Below are positions 7,821-16,670 of a stretch of 64,000 nt of DNA, one piece after another; positions within the stretch are counted from its first letter, which is position 1, and every line of letters starts with the position of its first letter. A program made the position numbers and the translations under genes. The notes below the pieces were generated by a model. The model was given only the letters and a program-made list of their open reading frames with translations, had not been told where the DNA came from and did no database searches. Source of the DNA: Eubacteriales bacterium (GTDB lineage: Bacteria > Bacillota > Clostridia > Oscillospirales > CAG-272); NCBI GenBank assembly GCA_045126855.1, contig JBGVPG010000024.1:47467-111466 (forward strand). Reading direction: 5' to 3'.

Positions 7821-8762
7821 TTATTCGGGTCTTTCGTTCTTTTCTTTGAATGCGCGGTAAATGAAATAGATTGCAACACCGCTTAGTAGTACTACTGAAA
7901 TAGTCACGAAAATATCACGGGATGCAAAAGTCTTAGGGAAGACCTCCTCCATGTCCTCGACAACGATAACGATGGGAATGTCGGTTTCGCTTGTGAACTC
8001 CAGAAGTGCACGGTTTACCGTGTCACTGTTCATTTCAAGAGAACTGTGATTTGTGAGATGTGATTTGTATCCGGCAGGAGAACCCGATTCTACGTCAAAG
8101 CTTGATTTGAGATTAAGGTTTACAATTCGGTCAGTCATACCGTCAATAACAGAGGATAGGTTTTTGCTCAGCGAATTCTCGTAGTATGACGAGATTTTCC
8201 CCTTCATCTCGTATCCGAATTCGGTGTATTCGTTTCCGAACATAGAATATACATCTTCAGTAATGTTATCTCCGACCCATGCTATTGTGTAATAGCCCTC
8301 ACGCTCCTCGTCTACAAGGAAAACGATAAGGATGTTGTCCTCATATTCGTTGGCTACGGAGAATTCCTTGGCATATTGATTGTCAGCGTAGTCCTGCATT
8401 GCCGATTCGTTATATTTGATCTGACCGCCTCGGGAGATATTGGTGATGGAAGTACCTACAACACCAAAGATATTAGTTAGCGTGGTGATCAGAACAATAC
8501 AAATAATAATGGGAATAAATGCAAGTCCCATCATTCCGCCAAAGCATCCGCCGTGATATCCGTAATAGGGTCTACGGAAGCCAAAGAAAGGGAAGAATCC
8601 GAAATGAGGTCTATGGTAATGATGGTGGTGATGAGGCGCACCAAATCCTCCGGGTCTCGGACCGCTACCGAACCCTTCGGGTCTTGGTCCACCGCCAAAT
8701 CCTCCGCCACGGGATCCGCCTCCGAATCCGCCGCCTCTAGCTCCTCCGCCTGGTCCTGGCAT
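7821..8762 (-). CDS. hypothetical two-TM membrane protein with a Gly/Pro/His-rich low-complexity N-terminus
   Basis: 313 aa with RBS GAGGAA. The N-terminal 75 aa reads GGGARGGGFGGGSRGGGFGGGPRP...HHHHHYH. One TM helix follows, then a domain of about 190 aa and a C-terminal TM helix. Confidence 0.7.
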   Translation of the reverse strand: MPGPGGGARGGGFGGGSRGGGFGGGPRPEGFGSGPRPGGFGAPHHHHHYHRPHFGFFPFFGFRRPYYGYHGGCFGGMMGLAFIPIIICIVLITTLTNIFGVVGTSITNISRGGQIKYNESAMQDYADNQYAKEFSVANEYEDNILIVFLVDEEREGYYTIAWVGDNITEDVYSMFGNEYTEFGYEMKGKISSYYENSLSKNLSSVIDGMTDRIVNLNLKSSFDVESGSPAGYKSHLTNHSSLEMNSDTVNRALLEFTSETDIPIVIVVEDMEEVFPKTFASRDIFVTISVVLLSGVAIYFIYRAFKEKNERPE

Positions 8763-8995
8763 AATAATTCCTCGCTTTCCATAACATATTTACTATAATT
8801 TTACCAAATAAATGTTAACAATTCAAGTACGGCAATAAAAATAAAAAATTTTTCAAAAACACTTGATTTTTTTATATAGTTATGTTATAATACTTCAGGA
8901 AAAATGTGATAGTATGCATTGTGAGTGCCTAAGGACCCTCTCAGCCTTGGTTTTAACATAGCATTTATCGCGTAAAATTTAAAAGGAGAAACAAA

Positions 8996-9259
8996 ATGGC
9001 TAATATTAAGTCCGCAAAGAAGCGTATCCTTGTTAACCAGACCAAGGCACTCCAGAACCAGATGGTTAAGAGCCAGCTTAAGACCGTTATCAAGAAGTTC
9101 AACGCAGCTGTTGAGGCTGGCGACAAGACCGCAGCTTCCGAGCTTTACAGACTTGCTGTTAAGAAGGTAGACCAGGCAGTTGCTCACGGTATCCTTCACA
9201 AGAACAACGCGGCTCACAAGAAGTCCGAGTTCACCAAGAAGTTCAACGTAATGGCGTAA
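8996..9259 (+). CDS. rpsT: 30S ribosomal protein S20
   Basis: Contains MANIKSAKKR....N.........KT.IKK. An upstream promoter reads TTGATT-17-TATAAT. Confidence 0.95.
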   Translation: MANIKSAKKRILVNQTKALQNQMVKSQLKTVIKKFNAAVEAGDKTAASELYRLAVKKVDQAVAHGILHKNNAAHKKSEFTKKFNVMA

Positions 9260-9270
9260 GCCAAATAGAT

Positions 9271-9305
9271 AAAGTCCGCCTTAACCCAGCGGACTTTTTT
9301 ATTTT
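9271..9305 (+). terminator. rpsT terminator
   Basis: Hairpin AAAGTCCGC(cttaaccca)GCGGACTTT is followed by a T run. Confidence 0.75.
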
Positions 9306-9339
9306 AAAAATGGCTGTCTCGATTGAGACAGCCATTTTA
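9305..9339 (-). terminator. terminator of the hydrogenase operon
   Basis: The minus strand has ATGGCTGTCTC(aatc)GAGACAGCCAT followed by TTTTT. Confidence 0.75.
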
Positions 9340-9348
9340 TCATTTGTG

Positions 9349-11097
9349 TTAGAAGTTAAACTTCTTTCTAGCAACATAAGATGTGTGAAGTGCGTGGTGT
9401 GCTGCGTGACAGCCGTAACCGCCCTTGAAGTAGTTGTCGTAAACTTCCTTGATAACGGGGTTAAGGTGAGACTTTCTCATCTCCATCTTGGTATCCTGGT
9501 CGTAGAGAGCCTTTGCTCTTACAGCCTTAAGATCCACAGTATCACGAACGTGCTGAGGCTGGATAGGCTGACCGCCACCGTTTACACAGCCGCCGGGACA
9601 ACCCATGATCTCAACGAAGGTCCAATCTGCTTCGCCCTTTGCAATCTTGTCCATAACAAGCTTTGCATTAGCGGCACCGGATGCAACACATACCTTAATA
9701 TCCATACCTGCGATATTGTAGGTAGCTTCCTTGAGACCCTCGGTACCACGAACCTCGTGGAACTCGATTTCAGCGTTATCCTTGCCGGTGAGAACGTCGT
9801 TAGCGGTACGGAGAGCAGCCTCCATAACGCCACCGGTAGCACCGAAGATAACAGCCGCACCGGTATCAACGCCAAGGGGACAGTCAAATTCCTCGTCGGG
9901 AAGGGAAGTGAACTTGATGCCGGCTCTGCCGATCATTCTTGCAAGCTCACGGGTGGTGAGCGCTACGTCAACGTCAACGGTACCTTCTGCAGCGGACATA
10001 TCCTCTCTCTGAACCTCAAACTTTTTTGCAGTACAGGGCATGATAGAAACTACGAAGATATCCTTGGGGTCATAGCCCATCTTATCAGCCCAGTAGGTCT
10101 TGATAAGCGCGCCGCCCATCTGCTGGGGAGACTTGCAGGAGGAAAGGTGCTTTGTCATATCGGGATAGTAAAGCTCGCAGAACTTAACCCATCCGGGAGA
10201 GCAGGAGGTAATCATGGGAAGAGTACCGCCATTGTTAACTCTGTCAAGAAGCTCGGTTGCTTCCTCAACGATGGTGAAGTCTGCCGCGGTATTTGTGTCA
10301 AATACCTTCTCAAAACCGAGACGGCGGAGAGCAGCAACCATCTTGCCTTCAACGTTAGTGCCGATAGGCATATCGAAGCACTCGCCAAGAGTTGCTCTGA
10401 TGGAGGGGGCGGTCTGAACTACAACGTGCTTGGTAGGATCAGCAAGCGCCGCCCATACCTTGTCAGTGTCGTCACGCTCAACGAGAGCGCCGGTAGGACA
10501 TACAGCGGTACACTGACCGCAGGAGATACAGGGAGTATCGTTAAGATTCAGCGCGAAGGGCTGGCCGATGCAGGTATCGATACCACGGTTGTTGGCACCG
10601 ATAACAGAAACGTACTGTTCCTCACAAACCGCAACACATCTACGGCAGAGAATACACTTGTTGTTGTCTCTTACGAGGTGGGGGGTAGAGTAGTCAAGCT
10701 CATAAGTGGGCTTGAATCCTTCGAATGCGTGAGAGTCAACTCCGTACTCAAGGCAGAGCTTCTGAAGCTCACAGTTGGTGGAACGAGAGCAGGAGAGACA
10801 GTTCATATCGTGGGTGGAAAGGATAAGCTCGAGAGTTGTCTTTCTTGCGGCTCTGACCTTTGCGGTGTTGGTCTGAATCTCCATACCCTCGGTAACGGGG
10901 TATACGCAGGCGGTAACAAGACCGCGAGCGCCGGTAGCCTCAACAACACAGATACGGCAAGCGCCGATTTCGTTCTTTTCCTTCATATAGCAGAGAGTGG
11001 GAATCTCCACACCTGCAACACGGGCAGCCTCAAGAATGGTTGCGCCCTTGGGTACGCTTACAGCAATACCGTTAACTTTTACATTTAACATTTCCAT
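9349..11097 (-). CDS. hydA: [FeFe]-hydrogenase catalytic subunit of HydABC type (N-terminal 2Fe-2S, 4Fe-4S domains and H-cluster domain)
   Basis: 583 aa counted from MEMLNVKVNG, with RBS AAAGGAG. The L2 motif is MPCTAKKFE and L3 is EIMGCPGGCVNGGGQP. L1 reads TSCSPGW. The longer ORF running to 11283 overlaps hydB and was rejected. Confidence 0.9.
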   Translation of the reverse strand: MEMLNVKVNGIAVSVPKGATILEAARVAGVEIPTLCYMKEKNEIGACRICVVEATGARGLVTACVYPVTEGMEIQTNTAKVRAARKTTLELILSTHDMNCLSCSRSTNCELQKLCLEYGVDSHAFEGFKPTYELDYSTPHLVRDNNKCILCRRCVAVCEEQYVSVIGANNRGIDTCIGQPFALNLNDTPCISCGQCTAVCPTGALVERDDTDKVWAALADPTKHVVVQTAPSIRATLGECFDMPIGTNVEGKMVAALRRLGFEKVFDTNTAADFTIVEEATELLDRVNNGGTLPMITSCSPGWVKFCELYYPDMTKHLSSCKSPQQMGGALIKTYWADKMGYDPKDIFVVSIMPCTAKKFEVQREDMSAAEGTVDVDVALTTRELARMIGRAGIKFTSLPDEEFDCPLGVDTGAAVIFGATGGVMEAALRTANDVLTGKDNAEIEFHEVRGTEGLKEATYNIAGMDIKVCVASGAANAKLVMDKIAKGEADWTFVEIMGCPGGCVNGGGQPIQPQHVRDTVDLKAVRAKALYDQDTKMEMRKSHLNPVIKEVYDNYFKGGYGCHAAHHALHTSYVARKKFNF

Positions 11098-11116
11098 TTT
11101 CAGCGTACTCCTTTCA

Positions 11117-12943
11117 TTACTTCTTAGAAATAGCGTTAAACTTACATCCGGCAACACAAGCACCGCACTTGATACACTTGGAGGTATCAATAGTATAGGA
11201 AGGAAGCTTGTGACCGGGGGCAACGTAATCGGTCTTTGTGATAGCGTCAACAGGGCAGTTCTTTGCGCACTTGCCACAGCCAATACACTTATCCTGGTCG
11301 ATTACGAAGGAGAGAAGGCTCTTACATACGCCTGCAGGGCACTTCTTATCTACAACGTGAGCGATATACTCGTCACGGAAGAACTTGAGTGTTGCAAGCA
11401 CAGGGTTGGGAGCAGTCTGTCCAAGACCACAGAGAGAGTTTGCTTTGATGTAGTTGCAAAGCTCCTCAAGTCTATCAATATCCTCAAGCGTGCCCTTACC
11501 CTCGGTAATCTTATCAAGAAGCTCAAGGAGTCTCTTGGTACCAACACGACAGGGAGTACACTTACCGCAGGATTCGTCAACGGTAAACTCAAGGAAGAAC
11601 TTAGCCATATCAACCATACAGTTGTCTTCATCCATAACGATAAGACCGCCGGAGCCCATCATACAGCCGAGAGCTACAAGGTTATCATAGTCTACTTCGG
11701 TGTTGATAAGGCTTGCAGGAATACATCCGCCGGAAGGACCACCGGTCTGGGCAGCCTTGAACTTCTTACCGCCGGGGATACCGCCACCGATCTCATTAAT
11801 GATGGTGTCAAGGGTTACACCCATAGGAATCTCAACAAGACCTGTATGCTGAATCTTACCACCGAGTGCGAATACCTTAGTTCCCTTGGAACGCTCGGTA
11901 CCCATAGAGGAGAACCACTCAGCACCCTTAAGAATGATCTGGGGAATATTAGCAAAGGTCTCAACGTTATTCTCAACGGTAGGCTTGCCAAAGAGACCCT
12001 TTACTGCAGGGTAGGGAGGACGGGGACGAGGCTCACCGCGGTTACCCTCAATAGAGGTCATAAGTGCAGTTTCCTCACCGCAAACGAATGCGCCTGCGCC
12101 AAGCTTGATCACAAGGTCGAAATCAAATCCACTGTCAAAAATATTCTTACCAAGAAGGCCGTATGCCTTAGCATCGTCAATAGCCTTCTGAAGACGTGTA
12201 ACGGCAATAGGATACTCGGCTCTTACGTATACGTATCCCTTAGTCGCTCCAACTGCGTATCCGCAGATGGTCATAGCCTCAATTACACAGTGGGGATCAC
12301 CCTCGAGAATGGAACGGTCCATAAATGCACCGGGGTCGCCCTCGTCTGCGTTACAAACAACGTACTTCTGGTCTGCCTTGTTGGGGGCGCAGAGAGCCCA
12401 CTTGCGGCCGGTAGGGAAGCCACCGCCTCCTCTGCCACGAAGACCGGAATCCGAAACTACCTTGATAACGTCCTCGGGAGTCATCTCGGTAAGGCATTTG
12501 CCAAGAGCAGCATAACCATCCATAGCTATGTACTCGTCAATGTTGTCGGGGTCAATAACACCGCAGTTACGGAGTACGATACGCTTCTGAGACTTGTAGA
12601 ACTTGGTATCGGAAAGCGAAACGTTCTTGGCCTGCTCCTCAACGATCTCGTCGGTTGCCTCATCTCTGTATACGAGACGCTCAACGATTCTACCCTTGAG
12701 AAGATGCTCCTCAACGATTTCCTTAACGTCATCGGGAGTTACACGGCTGTAGAAGGTACCATCGGGATATACGATTACGATCGGACCAAGAGCACAGAGG
12801 CCGAAGCAACCTGTCTGTACCATCTTAATTTCTTCGGTGAGACCGAAATCGGCAAGGCTCTGATTGAATGCCTCTTGGAGAGTTTTACTGCCGGAGGAGG
12901 TACAGCCTGTACCGCCACAAATCAATACGTGTGCGCGAATCAT
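11117..12943 (-). CDS. hydB: NADH-binding flavoprotein subunit, NuoF-like, of the bifurcating hydrogenase
   Basis: 608 aa. It has an N-terminal thioredoxin-like 2Fe-2S domain, the FMN/NADH motif GAGAFVCGEETAL, and a C-terminal 2x[4Fe-4S] (CIGCGKCAKNCP, CIKCGACVAGC). Confidence 0.9.
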   Translation of the reverse strand: MIRAHVLICGGTGCTSSGSKTLQEAFNQSLADFGLTEEIKMVQTGCFGLCALGPIVIVYPDGTFYSRVTPDDVKEIVEEHLLKGRIVERLVYRDEATDEIVEEQAKNVSLSDTKFYKSQKRIVLRNCGVIDPDNIDEYIAMDGYAALGKCLTEMTPEDVIKVVSDSGLRGRGGGGFPTGRKWALCAPNKADQKYVVCNADEGDPGAFMDRSILEGDPHCVIEAMTICGYAVGATKGYVYVRAEYPIAVTRLQKAIDDAKAYGLLGKNIFDSGFDFDLVIKLGAGAFVCGEETALMTSIEGNRGEPRPRPPYPAVKGLFGKPTVENNVETFANIPQIILKGAEWFSSMGTERSKGTKVFALGGKIQHTGLVEIPMGVTLDTIINEIGGGIPGGKKFKAAQTGGPSGGCIPASLINTEVDYDNLVALGCMMGSGGLIVMDEDNCMVDMAKFFLEFTVDESCGKCTPCRVGTKRLLELLDKITEGKGTLEDIDRLEELCNYIKANSLCGLGQTAPNPVLATLKFFRDEYIAHVVDKKCPAGVCKSLLSFVIDQDKCIGCGKCAKNCPVDAITKTDYVAPGHKLPSYTIDTSKCIKCGACVAGCKFNAISKK

Positions 12944-12960
12944 TTATGCTTGTCCTCCTA

Positions 12961-13329
12961 TCAGTTATCGTCGGTTACGGTGTATTCCGCAACAACTTTT
13001 CCGCCCTTGAGGTGTTCCTCAACGACTCTCTTTGCCTTCTCGGCGGTCATGTGAATGTAGGTAACCTTATCTTTACCTGCCTCGTGGATCTCCACGATAG
13101 GTTCGAGCTGGCAGTAGCCAACACAGCCTGTCTGCGAAACGGTTACCTTGTCGGTAAGATTCGCATTGTTTACCTCCTCAACGAAGGCGGAGAGCACAGG
13201 ACGTGCGCCTGCAGCAATTCCACAGGTAGCCATACCAACTACTACGCGAATATCGCCGCTGCCCTCACGAAGAACGATTTTTTTCTTCATTTTGTCTTTG
13301 ATTGCTTGAAGCTCAGCCAAAGATTTCAT
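12961..13329 (-). CDS. thioredoxin-like [2Fe-2S] ferredoxin (HydD-like)
   Basis: 122 aa from the ATG at 13329, with RBS AGGAAG. The Cys pattern is MATCGIAAGA...CVGYCQ. Confidence 0.7.
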   Translation of the reverse strand: MKSLAELQAIKDKMKKKIVLREGSGDIRVVVGMATCGIAAGARPVLSAFVEEVNNANLTDKVTVSQTGCVGYCQLEPIVEIHEAGKDKVTYIHMTAEKAKRVVEEHLKGGKVVAEYTVTDDN

Positions 13330-13363
13330 TTTTTGCTTCCTTTCTAGGACATATATTTTATTT

Positions 13364-13915
13364 TTATTTAATTTCATCGTATTGCTCCGTAAGATTGCTT
13401 TTTATCCATTGAAGGATTTCAAAGCTATCCAGCGGAATATCCTCGAGCACAAGGCGAAGCTCTCTTGTATCAAGAGAAACCTCGTTTCCACATAGTTTGT
13501 GACGGAAAAGGAAATCCACGGTGGGATGCCCTTGGATCAAGGTCACGATAGTTGAAACGACGTCACCCAGGGGAGTAAAGTCTATATGTTTCTTGTTGAA
13601 GCTCGCAAAAACGGTCGTTCCGTGATTTTCGCTATCAACGTCTACGTGGGTCGAGAAAATTTCAAGATATCCGTCTGTCTGCTCTGCAGCGAGACGAAAA
13701 AGGGGAATACCCATGCCAACCTTGCGTGTTGTTCGGGTCGTATAAAATGGATCGGAAACCGAGCGCAGGACCTCCTCGCTCATTCCTGTTCCATCGTCGG
13801 TAATTTTTATCGTTAAAAGCTCTTCGGTTTCATTGATTTCAATAGAAATTAATTCTGCCTTGGCTTTTGTACTGTTTTCTGCAATATCGAGTATATTCAG
13901 CGAAAGTTCCTTCAT
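13364..13915 (-). CDS. GHKL-type ATPase domain protein (histidine-kinase-like ATP-binding)
   Basis: 183 aa. It has an N box NILDIAENS, G1 DDGTGM and G2 GMGIPL. No DHp or His-phosphotransfer domain is seen. Confidence 0.7.
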   Translation of the reverse strand: MKELSLNILDIAENSTKAKAELISIEINETEELLTIKITDDGTGMSEEVLRSVSDPFYTTRTTRKVGMGIPLFRLAAEQTDGYLEIFSTHVDVDSENHGTTVFASFNKKHIDFTPLGDVVSTIVTLIQGHPTVDFLFRHKLCGNEVSLDTRELRLVLEDIPLDSFEILQWIKSNLTEQYDEIK

Positions 13916-13918
13916 TGC

Positions 13919-14641
13919 TTACCTCCTGAGATGATCAAACAATGCACGTCTAACGGCATTCTCGTCGTTAGGATCACAGTCAAATTCGAAGTAGTTTTCA
14001 CCGTCTTGTAAATCCGTCAATCTGTGCGCATCGGAGCTTATAATAAAACGATCATCGGGAATAGAAAACCTATCAGCGTAGTGATTCAGACAAGATCTTT
14101 CATGTAGCTCGTAATAGCTGAATCCACAATCGGGGAGCGTGCCGAGAATTGCAATAATTCCGTTGGCATCTCTGTCGATATGAGCAGGGTAGCATACGCC
14201 ACCGAATTTGGATAGGATTTCGCATACGTTGTCAGCCGAAATATTGCTTGCATTGATTAGAAGGTCATCGACCTCACCCGTTTGCTCGTCCATTCCGTCC
14301 ATAATGATCTGTCTACCGAAAATTTCCGGACGGTTTTTTATCTTCAGACGGTTTTCTTCCACATACTTATCAAAAGCAAGGGCATCAGTAAGCTGCTCGA
14401 AAAGACAAACGACGTGAATATCCTCAGAGGTAGTCAATTCCATTCCGGCAACGGGAATTATGCCGTATTTTCTGGCCGCCTCAAAAAAAGCAGGACAGTT
14501 TTTTGCAGAATTATGATCGGTCAGCGCAATGATGTTAAGCCCACAAAGGCTTGCCATACCGGCAATATTGTTAGGCGTATTGTCATCATCGCCGCATGGA
14601 GAGAGTATGGAGTGAATGTGTAGATCGTAATAAAATTTCAA
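13919..14641 (-). CDS. PHP-domain metal-dependent phosphoesterase
   Basis: 240 aa, with YYDLHIHSILSPCG and ALTDHNS typical of the PHP family. Confidence 0.7.
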   Translation of the reverse strand: MKFYYDLHIHSILSPCGDDDNTPNNIAGMASLCGLNIIALTDHNSAKNCPAFFEAARKYGIIPVAGMELTTSEDIHVVCLFEQLTDALAFDKYVEENRLKIKNRPEIFGRQIIMDGMDEQTGEVDDLLINASNISADNVCEILSKFGGVCYPAHIDRDANGIIAILGTLPDCGFSYYELHERSCLNHYADRFSIPDDRFIISSDAHRLTDLQDGENYFEFDCDPNDENAVRRALFDHLRR

Positions 14642-14967
14642 TTTAAAATACCGTGAATCTTAATCGCAGATTCGTAGGCAGGAAGGTTTGTGGAGAGAAT
14701 ATTAACTCCTTTAGCCTTGGCGACGTTAATCATATCGTCGTCGGGCACAACACCCTCTGCAAGAAGAATGCAGCTGACGTCAGCAAGCGTTGCAACGGCA
14801 ACGGTATTAATGTTTGACATAATTGTGATCCACACGTTTGATGCGCTAGCGTTACCCATAACCCAGCTGAGAAGATCTCCGATGTAAACACCCTTGACTT
14901 CTTTTTCGGGGACAGGCACTGATATCTCATTAAAATCACTCGCAAAAACAAGCTCTTTAACGGTCAT
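14638..14967 (-). CDS. DRTGG-domain protein (copy 2)
   Basis: 109 aa. It is paralogous to 16667-17023 (GDLLS.V..NA....V.IT...N...V.....). Its start and stop overlap the neighbouring genes. Confidence 0.55.
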   Translation of the reverse strand: MTVKELVFASDFNEISVPVPEKEVKGVYIGDLLSWVMGNASASNVWITIMSNINTVAVATLADVSCILLAEGVVPDDDMINVAKAKGVNILSTNLPAYESAIKIHGILN

Positions 14968-16232
14968 TATTCTGCCTTTCCTCCTTTGGATTGCATAAAC
15001 TCTCTCAGCTTACAATCCTCAGGACATGCGTTTTTCTTGATAACGTCCTCGGCAAAGGCACGGCAGGTGGGAGCTCCACAAGCACCGCAATCTATGCCGG
15101 GAAGAGTTGCTTTGAAATTCTGAATATCCGCCATCATTCTCATGGATTCAGCAATGCTTCCTCCAAGACGTGAGATGGGATCGTATTCCGGCAGATCCTC
15201 AAAGAGGAAACTGTCGGGGATGTAATTTATTTCCTTGGGTAAAACGGTTTGGGAAACGGGCATATATCTTCTTAGCGAAAGCAATCTTGCCTTTGCAATA
15301 AAAGGATTCTGCATCGTAAGAACTCCACCTACACATCCGCCTGCACAGGCGTTTAGTTCAATAAACTCAAGGGGTGGAATATTACCGTTTTCGATCTGAT
15401 CAAGAACGTGAATAACGTTCTCAATTCCGTCAGCCGCAAGATAATCTTCATTAAATATAGCAGTAGCCTCGCCACCGCTTCTCGCCCAGCCTATACCGAT
15501 TTTACCCGATTCCGAAAGGTCCATTGGAGCCTCGTCGGCGTTCATAGTGCTGATAAGCAGGAAGTAAACGTCGCTTATGGAAACAACACGGTCTACCTGG
15601 CTCTTGTAGCTGCCAAAGCCGTTTTTAACGTAACTTACCTTTGCAGGGCAAGGGGTGATAAAGCAGACTCCAATATCAGAGGGCTTAAGGTTGGGATGTT
15701 CGTTTAACGCACGTTCTCTTGCCAGTTTAGCGGCAATTTCCATGGGCGGAAGCATGTGTATGACGTGCTCCTCAAGGGACGGAAATCTCAGAGAGATAAG
15801 ACGCATAATAACAGGGCACGCAGAGCTTATGGCAGGCTTCTTAACTCCTTCGGTCTGAAGGTAAAGCCTTGTGTATGAAGTCACGATCTCTGCTGCCTTT
15901 GACACCTCGTAAACCTGGTCAAAACCGATTTTGAGAAGTCCGCTTAAAACGTAGTCAACATCGTCGAGATTATCGAACTGTCCGTATAATGTGGGGGCGG
16001 GCAGGGCAATCTTCCACTTAAACTCATCCATGGAGGAGAGCAGATCGCTTACCGCTCGCTTTGCGCTGTGGGGGCAGTGCCTGATGCACTCGCCACAGTC
16101 GATACATCTTTCGGATTTTATGACTGCTTTGCCATTTTTGATACGAATGGCTTCGGTAGGGCAATGCCTTATACAAGTGGTACAGCCGGTGCATTTGCTC
16201 TCGTCGAGAAGAACCGAATGTTCGTAGGCCAT
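14967..16232 (-). CDS. [FeFe]-hydrogenase-like Fe-S protein with variant H-cluster motifs (putative sensory HydS-like, no PAS domain)
   Basis: 421 aa. It has two CxxCxxCxxxCP motifs. The L1-like motif is SSACP, L2-like is TPCPAK and L3-like is ELNACAGGCVGG. The C-terminus carries the Cys cluster CGACGAPTC...C..C. Confidence 0.7.
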   Translation of the reverse strand: MAYEHSVLLDESKCTGCTTCIRHCPTEAIRIKNGKAVIKSERCIDCGECIRHCPHSAKRAVSDLLSSMDEFKWKIALPAPTLYGQFDNLDDVDYVLSGLLKIGFDQVYEVSKAAEIVTSYTRLYLQTEGVKKPAISSACPVIMRLISLRFPSLEEHVIHMLPPMEIAAKLARERALNEHPNLKPSDIGVCFITPCPAKVSYVKNGFGSYKSQVDRVVSISDVYFLLISTMNADEAPMDLSESGKIGIGWARSGGEATAIFNEDYLAADGIENVIHVLDQIENGNIPPLEFIELNACAGGCVGGVLTMQNPFIAKARLLSLRRYMPVSQTVLPKEINYIPDSFLFEDLPEYDPISRLGGSIAESMRMMADIQNFKATLPGIDCGACGAPTCRAFAEDVIKKNACPEDCKLREFMQSKGGKAE

Positions 16233-16247
16233 TATCGCTTGTCCTCC

Positions 16248-16670
16248 TTACAGAAGTACTCTCATTGTTATGCATGTTCCCACGCCTAGCGTGGATTTGA
16301 TTTCCATAGAATCGGTATTCTTCTTCATGTTGGGCAGACCCATACCGGCGCCAAATCCCAGAGATCTGATAGTGTCGGTAGCAGTGGAATATCCTGCTTG
16401 CATTGCCTGCTCAATATCCTTTATACCGGGTCCGCTATCCTGAAGAACAATCTCGATATACTTTTCGCTTACAATAACGTCAGCCGTTCCTCCGCCGGCA
16501 TGAATGACCATGTTAATTTCTCCCTCGTACATTGCAATAGAAACACGTCTGATTATCTCTGGGGTAAAGCCAAGCTGCCTAAGGTTCTTTTTAACCTGAA
16601 CGGACGCCTGACCTGCGGAGGTAAAGTCGTTTCCGGAAACGTCGAAATGAAAAATTAAATTGTCACTCAT
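16248..16670 (-). CDS. RsbW/SpoIIAB-like anti-sigma-type serine kinase (HATPase_c_2-like)
   Basis: 140 aa from MSDNLIFHF. The ATGA start overlaps the stop of the upstream DRTGG gene. Motifs are DSGPGI and GFGAGMGLPN. Confidence 0.6.
   Translation of the reverse strand: MSDNLIFHFDVSGNDFTSAGQASVQVKKNLRQLGFTPEIIRRVSIAMYEGEINMVIHAGGGTADVIVSEKYIEIVLQDSGPGIKDIEQAMQAGYSTATDTIRSLGFGAGMGLPNMKKNTDSMEIKSTLGVGTCITMRVLL

Noticed and set aside
11098-11283. The N-terminal extension of the hydA ORF (644-aa version). Analogous extensions occur at 19261-19365 (rplS), 50019-50159 (phospho-sugar mutase), 13330-13377, 16671-16721 and 62369-62398.
   Set aside because: The extensions overlap upstream genes or leaders, lack RBS and show no homology-like sequence. 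Internal starts with a Shine-Dalgarno sequence fit the conserved N-termini.
9310-13054. Two very long plus-strand ORFs (592 aa and 685 aa) antisense to hydA and hydB.
   Set aside because: Their products are low-complexity (rich in Gly, Val, Leu, Thr and Ser) with no motifs or RBS. They exactly shadow strongly supported minus-strand genes. Avoidance of TTA, CTA and TCA codons in highly expressed genes removes stops from the antisense frame.
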